64,000 bases of DNA from Octopus sinensis (lineage: Eukaryota). The position numbers were made by a program, and so were the translations under genes. Shown here one piece after another: positions 1 through 12,713 of the stretch. The notes under the pieces are model-generated. The model was not told the DNA's origin. It was given only the letters and a program-made list of their open reading frames with translations, and did no database searches. Positions within the stretch are counted from its first letter, which is position 1. Every line of letters starts with the position of its first letter. Location of the stretch: contig NC_043008.1 of the NCBI RefSeq assembly GCF_006345805.1, positions 13,578,001 to 13,642,000 on the forward strand, read 5' to 3'.

Positions 1-379
1 CATTTTTTCTGGAAATTCTATCATGTTATTAAATTCCATTAATTGGTTTGGCAAATATATACACTTATACTTTTTGTGGCGTTGCTACAACGAGAGGAAA
101 ACATTAAAAAGACATTATGCTTCTAATAAAATTAGTATAGAACATGCAGTAAAAGCTACGAATAACAACAGAAAAAATAAACTGCTTTCAAACGCGGTTC
201 ACACATCTTTAAAGTACTACCGAACAGATGTTATTGAATTATGAACAAACACGGACTGCACATAAACATGCCTGGCAAGGTAAAAATAAATATTAATTGC
301 TAATAAACAGACTGATAAAAGCAGTCATGTTTGGAAAACATGTATGTGTATGTAAAATGTTCGTGATAAAGCGTGACAG

Positions 380-1970
380 AAAACTGAAAATATTATCGAT
401 AAAAGTTGCTGACATCCCCATGATTGCCAATGGATCACATTTCTGCTGCATTTCTGATTCTGCTTGAGAGAAATAGTGATTACTATCCATCCTAGACTAA
501 ATATTAAATAAATATTGGACGAGGTTCTCAAGGAACAGAAGTTAAAAATTCATTCAGATCATATGGAATTTAGTTAGGTGGCAACTCTTAAATGTAAAGA
601 GCTTACTTTTTTTTTTCAATGTGCCGGCCTCTACACGGAGTGAGCTTCATGAAAAATGACAATATCCTGTAAACATGCAGAGGTGCGCAACCAACTGTGA
701 TTATAATGTACGAACCCAAATACATGTGGTTGCTGAGATAGGGATTATAGATTAGAGGCCATTGAAATGTTCTTGATAGACACCACCTTGAAGTGGATGA
801 ACTTGTGGCTTGACGAAATATTGACTAAATTCGTAGATTTGCTACTGGAAAAAAGATGTCAAAAGCACCCCAACCGATACCAGTGAAGAAATTTTGTATA
901 AAGACGACAAATAAAGTATTTAGTAACAAATAAAGGAATTAAATAGATTTGCCTGTATAAGCCTGGCATCTTCATTTTTTATTTCTCCCATGAGAATGGT
1001 GCCAAAAAAGCACTCGCTAGATGGGGCCCATTTTTATGACTACCTGATTATTTATGTCAACCAGAATCGGCTTTGATTAAGAAAGTCTTCCAGCACCCAT
1101 GGCTGATGGAGATAACTATATTTATCAAGGCTTGTGGGAGCGTGATTAGCCACAAGACTCTTTTATTCATCCATCTCATTCTAGAATCACATTACTGAAT
1201 GTTGTATGCACTTCCGGTGAACGTGATGCCAAAGAATATAATACTTCCTTTGACAGCTTTCAGTTTCAACTTAAGCATATTTTCTCTTACTTGTCGCTAT
1301 TCATTCTGAAGCCGTCAGCGCCTAATCGAGATATGTGCAGTGAAAATCTTGCCTAACAGAAAAACATCTCGAAATCCGCCAGGGAACCCTCTGCCATCTA
1401 ATTAATGAAGATGTATACATCTCCATTTCAGTAAAACTTTGGTTTTGTAAAGATATAATACCCTATAATGAAAGAGCGCATCTAAATAAGCAATCAATTT
1501 GAGATCAGGTTATTCTAGAATGGACTGTAATCTATACATTCAAATGCAAATATTATCGCTCTTGGTATTTTCAAATTTGGTGAAGGACCCTGCTAAAGTT
1601 AATAGATGTTGTTGACAACTACATTGATATTCTCGCTTACATTGGTCATTACGAAATGTATATAGTAAATGCTAATAAATATTTTTACGCAGTAACCGTG
1701 CATTTGATATTCTTGACGCTAATATTAGGTGCCATCGACCCTTTCCCAAGAAGGTGCAGTGTGTCTTTCCAGTCCACTGAAGAGATAACATGTTCCAAAC
1801 AAGATCAGCAAAATGGTGCACACAGATCACACGTATGAAAAATGTGGAGTGAAGGCCATCTTCATCATTGGTCAGTACTTCACATCTACACCTATGGATT
1901 TGTATGTCCACAGAACTATGCACAACGCATCTACAGATCCCACATTGTCCAGATTTAGAGAAAACCATAA
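380..1970 (-). mobile_element. Heavily degraded DIRS/Ngaro-like (tyrosine-recombinase retrotransposon) RT + RNase H region
   Basis: Minus-strand translation across frameshifts gives motifs in DIRS-type order: TNDEDGLHSTFF and GKGRWHLILASRISNARLLRK (ORF 1672-1968; cf. NNxSALxHxxFV, GKxRLILDLRxxN), IFTK, KWR...*LDG (1401-1393; YLDDG), ADGFRMNSDK (1319-1290), FFTGIGWGA (890-864; FxDASxxGWG), I*SIFRQATSSSTSR (WSxxExxxSSTWREL), LSNH, LQDI (672-661). Each motif is degenerate; the evidence is their order and spacing. Boundaries are approximate. Confidence 0.55.
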
Positions 1971-2873
1971 CTCAACTGTGTCGCTAATTGTGGATAAGTA
2001 GGTTCGTTAAATAGTCCTTAAATGATTCGACGGTATTTTAGATTAGAAATAATCGATGCCTGCTTCTTGTCATCAATATTCGAATTTCATGTAAATAGAT
2101 GTATTCGATGTTGAACAACACGTACGGAATGGACCTTTTGTCTCCCTAGCAATCGATAGTTAGTAGTGCTACTATTTCCGAAATAATCAGTCTTCCAAAA
2201 AACAGTCGTTCGATTTTGCTCGCAACCCTGAACCGCAACAGATATTTTCAGTTGCTGCACTTATTCCTCGGATTATACTTGTTTCATTCTCCATGTCTGA
2301 AGCGCGTGTTGTTTTACGCGTGAGAAACGCAAGACTATTTTTCAGTTAGATCCCGGACACTTTTATTTTTATTCGGACATGCAATGCTCTGTTCGGACCA
2401 CAGCCTAGTCTGCGTGCTTTTAACGGCCTGTTTCAACATGAACAGCACAACTGATCTTAAGTAACCAGACATATCATCGACAGAGTCGTTATCATTATTT
2501 ACAGTTCGTGTAACGTGTTGTGGGTAGGTTTCAAATTGATTAAACGAAGATATCACTGATTAGTTCACGTCAGCTATGTTTCAGAAATCGGTTAACATTA
2601 ATGCAGTAATCACCATTTTCATATTAGATGAAGATGTTTTTGAGACTATACCATAATTAGTTGCATTCGCATCCCAGTCGTTTGCAACAATTTGGTGACC
2701 GCAGGTGGCCTTAATTATTGACCACGAAGATCGGAGTAGAACTGAACTTTCAGAAGATTGTTGTTTAACCCTGCCGCAATTGTTGTTCATAAATGTCAAC
2801 AGTTTAGGAGGCAGTACTGGTCAAGGTGACCACCACATAACGGCACAAAGCAATTTCAGATTTCCAAGAAATA

Positions 2874-3103
2874 TATTGGGTTGTCCGGAAAGTTCGTGCC
2901 GATTTTTAAAGGAAAGAAAAAGATCAATAACTAGTTGCCAATACATTTTTAATCAACCAAATATGAAACATTTTGTTGCACAATGCGCCTCCATCTTTCC
3001 TTTAACTTTAAAATACCCTGTTCCCAGAATTGAGGTTCCTGTGAGGGTAAGTCGAAAAGTAAGCTACTATAAAATCGGCACAAACTTTCCAGACAACCTA
3101 ATA
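2874..3103 (-). mobile_element. 230-bp mariner deletion derivative (MITE-like)
   Basis: 33-bp TIRs TATTGGGTTGTCCGGAAAGTTCGTGCCGATTTT (2874-2906) and AAAATCGGCACAAACTTTCCAGACAACCTAATA (3071-3103), 3 mismatches; TA at 2872-2873. The interior (minus) reads QFWEQGI/KLKERWRRIVQQNVSYLVD*, a mariner transposase C-terminus. Confidence 0.9.
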
Positions 3104-3528
3104 CTTTCTACAGATGTCACCAGCAACCGAGACTGATACATACTAATTTAGGAGTACGATGGAAGCAGCAACAATACCGAAATGACACTTTCACACCCGA
3201 TCTAATTTAAAAGTGCTTGTGCAGCGAGGAAAAATAATGGTGAGGAATGATTTTGGCACATATTATACGTAGCAATTCCTTAAGCTACTGGGAGTTTTAT
3301 CATAGCTGGACAGTTCTGAATCTAGTTACCTGTGGTAAGCGTATACTAGTAAAGGTAATGGAAATTGATCACATTCATCCCGATTATGTAATCGCTTACT
3401 GCTATTTCTACACCCAGGGAACAATATAACTTTGCTTCTTTTTTATTCTGTCATATTTTACTTGTCTGATTTTCTATTTACCTTCGTCCTATAGTGATGT
3501 ATAATATCTTACAATCTGTGTGCCTGTC

Positions 3529-3603
<75 letters not shown>

Positions 3604-3835
3604 CTATCTATTTATCTATCTGGCTATCTATCTATTTATTTGTGTATCTATCTACACACACAGACTCACATACACAGATGTGTATATACATGTTTCTGTG
3701 TGTTTGTGTGTTTGCGTGTATGTGTGTCTGTGCGTCTGTGTGTGTGTGTGTGTCTGTGCGTCTGTGTCTGCATGGAGCTTTGTGCATGTGTGTGTCTGTG
3801 TGGTGTATGTGAGTGTTTTATTTCCTTTCTGTGTG
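3529..3835. repeat. Compound microsatellite (TATC)n followed by degenerate (TG)n
   Basis: Directly visible; explains ORFs 3494-3911. Confidence 0.95.
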
Positions 3836-4609
3836 CATGTGGTTGTACGCACGCGCAGGTTCCCAAGTGAAATATATTACGAAATCTACCATCAAAAATT
3901 TTAACTATCACGAGAAAGCATTTTTAAAAACTATTTAACCTAATTTAATTGAAATGAGAAATTGAACGTAGTTTAAACATATTTGTCTTTTTAATTCAAT
4001 TTCATTTCAAATAAAGAATGCTTTATGTAAAAGATCTCCATCAAATGAATTCCATTGTCTATAGAAATCATGGTTGACCATCATTTAAAATCAAATATGA
4101 GTAGGAAACATACTCTGCTTCCTTCTAGACTTATATAACATGTCTACGGTTTTGTATCCCGTTATCTAGTTATAATTAATTTCCATTGAATTCAAAACAG
4201 TTCATTTCCATTCACTATAAATTAATTAAAGATTTGGCTATATTTATTTGTTTGTAACCACAAATTTCATAAATGTTATAAATGAGATAGACAAATAAAG
4301 AAATGATAACAAAGAAGGAAAGTTATAAATAATAAAACTCACATGAAGAAAATAAATCTGAAAGATGTTTCTGATTGAAATTAAATTATATTTAAAACTT
4401 ACAATCGTTGAAAACGATTTACAAATATATAATTGTTGATGTTTATGATAACCTTGGTGATGATGGCGAAGATATTGATTATATTGTTGGTAGTAGAGTT
4501 AGTTGGAATACGATAGGAATAATTCAAAAGAACATCATTTTAAACATCGTCATTTTCATTTCCCATTTGTTATTTGCAGCATGGTCACCATCATTATTCT
4601 TATTAAACA

Positions 4610-5065
4610 ACAATTAATCATCCTTATCATCATCAGTCTCCGCATCATTATTTTCAGTATCATTATAATCATTGTCGACTAGGTCACGATCATCAATCGT
4701 AGTCGTCATCGGAACCATCATTGTCACCACCACAATCATCATCGTCAACATCACCATCATCATCACCATCATCATCAACACCATCACCACCACCATCACC
4801 ATCACCATCATCTCCATCATCACCATCACCATAATCACCACCATCACCACCATTACCATCACCATTATCACCATCATCATCAACATCCACCTCCTCCTCA
4901 TCATCATCATGATCATCACCATCATCATCACCATCACCATCATCACAACCACCACCACCACCATCACCACCATCACCACCATCCTCATCATCAAAATCAA
5001 TTATATCGCCCTCCTTCATTGTAAAGGTCGTCGTCGCCGCCGTCGTGATAGTTATTATCATCATT
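4610..5065. repeat. Degenerate (CAT/CAC)n trinucleotide tract
   Basis: Directly visible; yields poly-I/T, poly-M/V and poly-D/G ORFs. Confidence 0.95.
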
Positions 5066-5218
5066 TGTCTTCATCTTTCATGACATTTGTTTCAACTCTA
5101 TTATTAATTTTAAAGTACTGTATCTTGAATTAAATCACTAGTATGCATTTATACACACGTCTAAGCGAATAAGACGCAGATGTATATATCTGTGTCTATG
5201 CTATCCTTCTTACTCTCA

Positions 5219-5223
<5 letters not shown>

Positions 5224-5271
<48 letters not shown>

Positions 5272-5430
5272 AATATATATATATATATATATATACACAT
5301 ACATGAACGCATACATACGTATATATGTATGTCTATATATAGATATATATATATACATATATACACATACATGAACACATACATACGTATATATGTATGA
5401 CTATATATAGACATATATATATATATATAT
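5224..5430. repeat. (CT)n + (TA)n microsatellite with a duplicated ACACATACATGAAC-containing block
   Basis: Directly visible. Confidence 0.9.
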
Positions 5431-5490
5431 AATTAAATGGAGAAATACAATTGACAATCTAACAATTTACACGCAATTACATATATATAT

Positions 5491-5521
5491 AAAGTTGAAA
5501 AAGAGGGTTACTCTAATGTGC

Positions 5522-5586
<65 letters not shown>

Positions 5587-5617
5587 GCACACTAGAGTAA
5601 CCCTCTTTTTCAACTTT
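5491..5617. repeat. Inverted repeat: perfect 25-bp arms around a (TA)n core
   Basis: AAAGTTGAAAAAGAGGGTTACTCTA (5491-5515) is the exact reverse complement of TAGAGTAACCCTCTTTTTCAACTTT (5593-5617). Confidence 0.95.
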
Positions 5618-6865
5618 CTAAACATTTACCTACCACCGCTTATCTTTTTGAAGTTTTCGCTCAGAAAGTCATTTTTTCAGAAAGAAATGTTTATCTCTTA
5701 TATAACTTTCTCTTATATAAAAAAAAATGCTTGTCCAGATTTATTTATTCTTGGTAAGACAAAGATAAGTGGCAATTAATATAATGGGGAAAGCAACTTG
5801 CAAAGCTGAGGATAGAGCGCAGGTATTGGGCAAACACCTATTTTTCGCAGGCTTTAAAACACGCATAGTGTATCCAAATATTATTTAGCCTCTAGGTACA
5901 TGGCCTATACATGTTAAAAATCTGGAAAATTGAGAAATAACGAGAAACCGAGAAAAAGATTGAAGGTGGATTCAAAACCTGGTCCGGAGAATGAAACTGA
6001 AAATGAAAGGAAAAGACAAAAGGAATTAGAGTTATGTCCCTTATTATCAAAGGACCTTAAGGCGAGATTGTGTGGAATCAACGATAAAGCTGCTCACTCC
6101 GGAGAGGGTGGTGCTCTCCAATTCACCAAAAGAAACTTGGACAATTGTTTACAATTTCTGAAAATTTTTCATCTAAAATTCAGCAGTAAGTTGGAATACT
6201 TACATCTAAAAGTGATGTGAAGTAATTCATCTATGCATAACTCTTTTTGTTCTATTAATATATGGCATAGATTTGTCTGCGACTTTCCATTCTACGACTT
6301 TCTATTCGTTTGCATGTTGGTCTACAAACACGATACGTAGCTAAATAACATAGAGGCTTTACTTTGTCCATGAGCAAGAAAGAAGCTAGGTGTTAACATA
6401 ACGGCTTTTGAAGTCGCTATCACAGAACGCGATGCAGTTCTTATTTTTGGTTAAGTTAACAAGTAACGTTGCTGCAACATCTGGTTTATCATGCAGCTCT
6501 GTTCGAGTGGACAAGCTCCAAGGAGTCGACAGTTTGTTGATGTTTGCAGGTAATAATTCTAGTTGTAGTGGGGAAACAGCTCTATAATGATTTAATCGAG
6601 CGTCTGCATTTGTGATTTTCTAGGAAATGTTTATTTGTGAAAGGCAGGAATCTTTTATCTGCATCAGTTTTAACATTTAGGGAGAAACAAAATAACCCGT
6701 TAATGAAGTTCATGACATAATTTTATTTATTTCCTTGACATTTTAATTTGTCAGTACTGTTCTGTAATCGACCTACACTTGGATCAGTAACTTTTGTACA
6801 CAGAAATCTAACACCAGGTTTATTAGTATCACTATGCCTAAGTGAAATAGGCTAAGCATTATAGC

Positions 6866-7097
6866 TATTTCTTTACAACACATAGGGGGCTAAACACAGG
6901 GAGGACAAACAAGGACAGACAAATGGATTAATCGATTATATCAACCCCAGTGAGTAACTGGTACTTATTTAATCGACCGCGAAAGGATGAAAGGCAATGT
7001 CGACCTAGGCGGAATTTGAACTCAGAATGTAGCGACAGACGAAATACTGCTAAGCATTTCGCCCGGCATCCTAACGACTCTACCAGATTGCCGCCTT
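6866..7097 (-). mobile_element. tRNA-derived SINE family A, full length, with 14-bp TSD
   Basis: Matches the A copy at 46250, including a B-box-like GAGTTCAAATTCC. TSD CTAAGCATTATAGC (6852-6865) / CTAAGCATTATACC (7098-7111). Confidence 0.92.
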
Positions 7098-7319
7098 CTA
7101 AGCATTATACCTAGCGTGGAAATTATATTAGCGAGAACTGCAATGAGATTAAGTTATGTAGAACAGATATGATTAATGAATTATGAATAACTACATATAT
7201 TTGAAATTTTGGTGAGTGAAAGTATATTTCATTTGCCACGTGTTTATTTTGCTGTTATAACCAGTTAGCACGCATTTTATGCAAAGAATGTTCTTTCCAC
7301 AGCAAAAATTTACATTGTT

Positions 7320-7610
7320 AGTTTGTGTGTGTGTGTGCGTGTTTGTATGTTTTTGCATGTGTGTGTGCGTGTGTGTGTGTGTGCTTGCGTGTATGTCTCT
7401 GTTAGTTTGTTTTCGTGTCTGTTTGCCCCCCCCACACTTGAGAACCGGTGTAGGTTTGCTTACAACTCCGTAACTTGCTGTTCAGGAAAATTGGACAGAC
7501 ACAGCTAAGACAATGGGACCTGGTGTCGATTCATTCGGCTAAAAATTGCTTAAAGTAGTGCCCCAACACGGCCGCAGCCTAATGACTGAAATCAATAATA
7601 AATAAAAGAT
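7320..7610 (+). mobile_element. Degraded 3' half of SINE family C preceded by (TG)n
   Basis: TGTTTGCCCCCCCCACACTTGAGAACCG...CCGTAACTT...GGCCGCAGCCTAATGACTGAAA resembles the C 3' half seen at 39833 and 44047. Confidence 0.65.
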
Positions 7611-8671
7611 ATATATATATATATATATACATCTCTCTCTTACTTTCTCTCCCTATCTGTCCCTCTCTCTCTCTATGTATATGTATGTATATACGTATGT
7701 GTATATACATATATATATATACATATAGTTGGGCCGTTAATTAGACTCATTTAAAACTATGTAAATATATATATTGTTCATATTTTAATATGTGGAAATA
7801 GTATTAGATGATCAGTACGGAAATCGAATTACGAATACCGATAAAGAATATTAATGATGTAGATAATAATAATTTTTGATGATGATGCTGATGATCATCA
7901 TCACCCTACACATCTTTCTCATTATGATCGTGATAATAATGGCAATGCGACACTTCCTGATAATAAAAATAAATCTATCACTTTAGAGTTTCATTAGTGT
8001 TATGAGGGTGGTATTTATAATAATGATGAGGATGGAAATTAATTTCGTTTTAAATCATCAATCTCGGCAACAATACAAATTAGATGAAGAGAAATACCGA
8101 GGCAAAAAGGTATGAATATTAATGAGCTGTGCAAAAGTTTTTATTAACTTTTGTGTCCGTTGTTTGCGAGAAGGTAATTACGTACAATATGAATGATTGT
8201 GTGCCCCTAGTGGTTTATACAATCACGTTAAGTAGGCAAGTGTTTGGTAAACTGTAAATACATTTGTTGAAGCTTGCAAGAACTTTAAATTACACGTAGT
8301 ATATTAAAGTTGAGAAAGTCATTTTCGATATATCGGTATGCATCAGACATTAGTGGTTTGCAAAATAGACAGGGTGTGGAGCAAATTATGATATTATGCT
8401 GTAATATGTTAGGTTAGGTCAAACATCGTTCCAATCTTAAATCGTAGTTTTGGGAATGGTGCAAATCCTAAGTTTGAATAATGCTGATATAATCGACTGT
8501 TTATTTTACCATATGCTGACAAATAAATGTTATACATCTGATCTTTCCACCTTTATGATTTAATATCTCCACATGTTTCCTTTTTTCTTCTCTTCGTTCG
8601 GCATTGTTAAAACAAGATGTTGGTAAACAGAAGAGGTCGTATAACGTACCATTGTCTTGTAGTATCCTCCT

Positions 8672-9109
8672 CCTCATCATCATCATCATCATCTTTCCTC
8701 TTTTTCTTCTTCTTCTTCTTATTATTATTATTATTAGTAGTAGTAGTAGTATCATTATTATTATTCAGTAGTTTTATTTTTATAGCGTGCTTTCAATTCA
8801 CTACCGAGCGCAGCTCTGTGTGCCTTGGGTATGTGCTTATTATTATTATTATTATTATTAGTATCATTATTATTATTATTATTATTATTATTAATATTAT
8901 TACTATTAGTATCATTATTATTAGTATCATTATTAGTATCATTATTATCATTAGTATCATTATTATTATTAGTAGTAGTATCATTATTATTATTATTAGT
9001 ATCATTATTGTCATTATTATTATTATTATTATTAGTATCATTATTATCATTAGTATCATTATTAGTATCATTATTATTATTATTAGTATCATTATTATTA
9101 TTATTAGTA

Positions 9110-9147
<38 letters not shown>

Positions 9148-9177
9148 ATTATTATATTATTATTAGTAGTAGTAGTA

Positions 9178-9221
<44 letters not shown>

Positions 9222-9228
9222 TCATTAT
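8672..9228. repeat. Complex (TAT/TAG/CAT/CTT)n trinucleotide array
   Basis: Directly visible; recurring TATTAGTATCAT sub-unit. Confidence 0.95.
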
Positions 9229-9229
9229 T

Positions 9230-9345
9230 AAGGCAGAACCCATAGCACGCCGAAGAAAATGCTTAAAGTCATTTCGACCGTCTTTACCTTATGAGTTCAA
9301 ATTCCACCGATGTCAACTTTGCTTTCACCCTCTCGGGGTCGATTA
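9230..9345 (+). mobile_element. Degraded 5' fragment of an A-related SINE
   Basis: AGGCAGAACCATAGCACGCC...GAGTTCAAATTCCACCGATGTCAACTTTGCTTTCACCCTCTCGGGGTCGAT. Confidence 0.75.
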
Positions 9346-10185
9346 GCGAGTCTCACCGGATTGTAGAATCCCGCAGTATCTTAAGTTCTTTGTTCTCGAT
9401 AACTCCTTCTGGTTATCGTTAGCACCATTTCCGCGCTCTCTTCAGGTGGTATGTTCACATAGCCACCAATGGATGAACTTCGCCATATTTTCGTGCCTCC
9501 TATTGTAGTGCTTATGTTTCATGATATGTGAGATTATTTCGTTTCTGCTGCCCCGCATACTACTCTTATCTATTTGGTAATTGGTGTAATTAGTCCTCAG
9601 AGCTAGTTAGTGGGAGCTGCATATCAATGTCTCAGTGCATTTTTTAAATCACCTTTCTTAGCCATCTCCAAGTGTCTTCTCTTTCGATTCTTCTGCCCAT
9701 GCGATTATCCCTGCTCCATATCTAAGGATTGAAACCGCCCAGGTGTTGGTATCTTCAATCTTATTCCGTTCGTTTAATTTCGACTTAAGGATCAGTCTCA
9801 GTCTGCTCAAGTACACTACCTTAAATTTTTCTGTCATTTTTTTCCCTCAATTTATCCATTTGCAGTATCCCCAAGTATTCATAGCCCGTCTCGTCTCTGT
9901 GCTTCATAACTTCCCCCGACGGTATCGTTAACGCATCCATACATTTGACTTTTGCTTCTATTCAAGACTAACACACCAGTCTTTCTCTGAACTCTATTTT
10001 GAAATCAGCACTGAAGGTACACACCGTATCAGCGAGGGAACTGATTTCGGCTTCATCTTTACCATAAAGTTTGAGGTTGTCCATGAATAACAATTCACTG
10101 AACTTTTGTTGGCGGTTTTTGAATACATACGCAGCTTTTGCTTTCCTCAGAATTAGTGTTAGTGGTATTAAGCACATTTGTACTA
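9346..10185 (-). mobile_element. R4/Dong-clade (RLE-type) non-LTR retrotransposon fragment, internally deleted
   Basis: Minus strand: LLFMDNLKLY (RT YxDD-type), GYEYLGIL, RLRLILKSKLNERNKI, NTWAVSILRYGAGII, RRHENMAKFIHWWLC, PEGVIENKELKILRD; many stops and frameshifts. Confidence 0.88.
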
Positions 10186-10192
10186 TGTCATT

Positions 10193-10463
10193 GTTGTTAT
10201 TATTATTGAGTGAGAGAGCAGCGCATGCCATCAAAGTGACGTTGGGGCAAAATATACAAAGCCCAGTATACCCATCATGACTACCCGTCTCATAAGGGTA
10301 CACTAGGCACATGCATCACAACCATATGTGCGCAACATGGTGATCTCATATCAATATAAACAGCGCATTACCTTGCAAGTGGGGCCCAGTTAGAATTTTC
10401 TACTGGTCGAGGAACCCATTCCGCTCAAAAGGTCCCTGAATAAGGATTGTCTATGGATGTTGG
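10193..10463 (-). mobile_element. Interspersed repeat family D (SINE-like, (AAT)n tail), 5'-truncated
   Basis: GAGAGCAGCGCATGCCATCAAA...GCCCAGTATACCCATCATGACTACC...GGCCCAGTTAGA...CTGAATAAGG recurs at 30005-30611. Confidence 0.8.
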
Positions 10464-11905
10464 TATTATTATTATTATTCTTGGGGGAGAATCAACGCCT
10501 GAATAAATGCTATAACAAAGATTACCCCCATCAACTTATACAAAGGAACATCCGTCTTGTATAATTTGCATATCTTGTAAAATCATTATTGTTCCACCGT
10601 TATGGTGGAATATAGTCTGTCGTCTGTGTATCCTCATAACAACGATGAGCCGACTGGTTGTGTACAGAGTATCTAATCCAGGAATATAATCCACAGAGAA
10701 TCTAATCCACGGAAAAGAATCTGTAGTTTATGCATATAACTGAAATAAAATTTCTGTTTTGTTTTGACAATTCAAGTACAAATATTGTTTCAGAGGAATA
10801 CGTAGTATTGCATATCTTCATCAAAGAAACGCACGCAAAAGAAAAAAAATACATACAGAAAAGGTTGTTTACAACAATTGTAAATATTTACAAGAACAAT
10901 GGACTGGAAAATAACATACACACAAATAATATACACACAAGTAATATATGCACAAAGATGAAGACGATAAAAACCAGCGAGCTGCAAGCAAAACAATAGC
11001 TTCAACGTCAACATACCTAACTCAAGCTGCAACAGAAACATGTCTTCCAACAGCAACAGGAACAAAAAAAATCTCTAGCAGCTGTTCCTTAATATTACAT
11101 GTAACATGGTTGTATTGTAGATTTCGCTCAAATCAAGTCAGACAATGAAAAAGGTAGTTTGAAAAATGTAGTTTGTCACAAATATGAGAATGAATGTCTT
11201 TGCTTGAAAACTTTAGTGTACAAGTACGAAGGTGACTCAACATTACTTTGTGAAGGACGGATTTGCCCAAATACATCTTCAAGGAAAAGCCAGATTTAGC
11301 GAAATTGCTGGATAATATATAGTAATTTATATTCTATGTAGATACGGCATGCGGAAGAGTGTATGTGGTCCGCAAAAAGCGGTTAAAATCGGACCGATTC
11401 AGCGCCACAAACCTGAGCATGGGTTACTGTAACATATTAGGTAACTAACATGATTGCTGTAGCAGGACATATTAGCCTCCTAACTTGTGAATACAGATAT
11501 ATGGACTCTCATACTATCGCCATATATAAGTTATCCAAATGGTAGTTGACGAATTTTGGAGTGACGTAAAATAAGGTGACTGTTCGGCACAGCCTGGTTC
11601 TGATGAGTTGAGAACACATTAGAGCTTTAGCATACCTGCATACCATTGCTGGTGTAGATAAAATGTTATAAGAAAAAGTGTTTCTGATAGAAGGCTCAGC
11701 TGTCAACCGCCTGATCGCTTAGAGGTACTTAAACGAAACTCTTTGAAAAGGTAAGAAATGAAAGAAATTAATCAACAGCGGAAACAGAAGTTGCTACGGT
11801 AGTAGCAAATCCTGGAGTCAGTTGTTTGTATAACACCACATCCTCATATTTAGAAGGTGATGGGTGGGGTCGGGTTGCCTTCACCAACAAGTAAAAGGAA
11901 GACGC

Positions 11906-12315
11906 TCTTACTCTTTTGCTATGTTATTGGTTTCAGTCATTTTGACTGTGTCATGCTGGGGCATCGCCTTTAGTCGAACAAAGGATCCCAGGAATCATTC
12001 TTTGTAAGCCTAGTACTTTTTGTATCGGTGTCTTTTGCAGAACTGCTAAGTGACGGGGACGTAAACACACCGACACTGGTTGACAAGTGATGGTTGTGGG
12101 GGGTCAAACACAGACACACACACACACACATACACACACATACACGACGGACTTCTTTCAGTCATTCGGTTTCCGTCTACCAAATCCGCTCACTAGTCTT
12201 TGGTCGACCCGAGACTACAGTAGACGACACTTGCTGGAGATGCCACGCAGTGGAACGGAACGCGAAACCATATGGTTGGTAAGCAAGCTACTTACTTCAC
12301 AGCCACGCTTGCGCC
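11906..12315 (-). mobile_element. tRNA-derived SINE family C, full length, diverged
   Basis: Colinear with the 39833 and 44047 copies: tRNA-like head, internal (CA)n, TTTCAGTCATTTGACTG 3' end. Confidence 0.9.
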
Positions 12316-12713
12316 AAAGATAATGATAATAGCAAAATCACAATGTTATCTTTGTTTAAAATACTTTTGTATGATAGCTATACACTCTTGTCATGATTTA
12401 TTTATGATAGGTTTATGAGAAATATATATTTGTAGAAGATAAAAGAGGCAATGATGAATATAAGCTACTGTAAATATACAAATGGAGTAGAAATATATCT
12501 GAAGTTGTGTGAGTGCAGACACATCAAATTTTAAACTATGTATTTAGGATATAATGAATTGTATTTGTTTAAAGATTTCCCACGCCGTCGCTTGAATAAT
12601 CGACATATGCAGATTAATATACATGATATAAGCGGAAAAGGAAAAGCAGATATTTGTGAAGTAATCTTAATGAATGGTGTAAATAGAATTATGGAATTGA
12701 ACATGGGTGCTCT

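Noticed and set aside
1730-1830. Plus-strand AG...GTATGA candidate exon (GAIDPFPRRCSVSFQ...) and piggyBac-like words nearby
   Set aside because: Motif spacing does not fit piggyBac, and the opposite strand is better explained as DIRS-like RT sequence.
2705-3136. 143-aa ORF as a gene
   Set aside because: More than half of it runs antisense through the mariner derivative at 2874-3103; the start is non-ATG and I recognise no domain.
3494-5133. Long ORFs (poly-IYLS, poly-CV, poly-D/G, poly-I/T) as proteins
   Set aside because: They are translations of (TATC)n, (TG)n and (CAT)n microsatellites, which lack stops in several frames.
11600-11830. CTGATGA (about 11600) with distant CGAAAC and GAGTC as a hammerhead
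   Set aside because: Stems I and II are weak and the loops are 70-130 nt, which is expected by chance. The same applies to CTGACGA near 33080 and CTGATGA near 33947.
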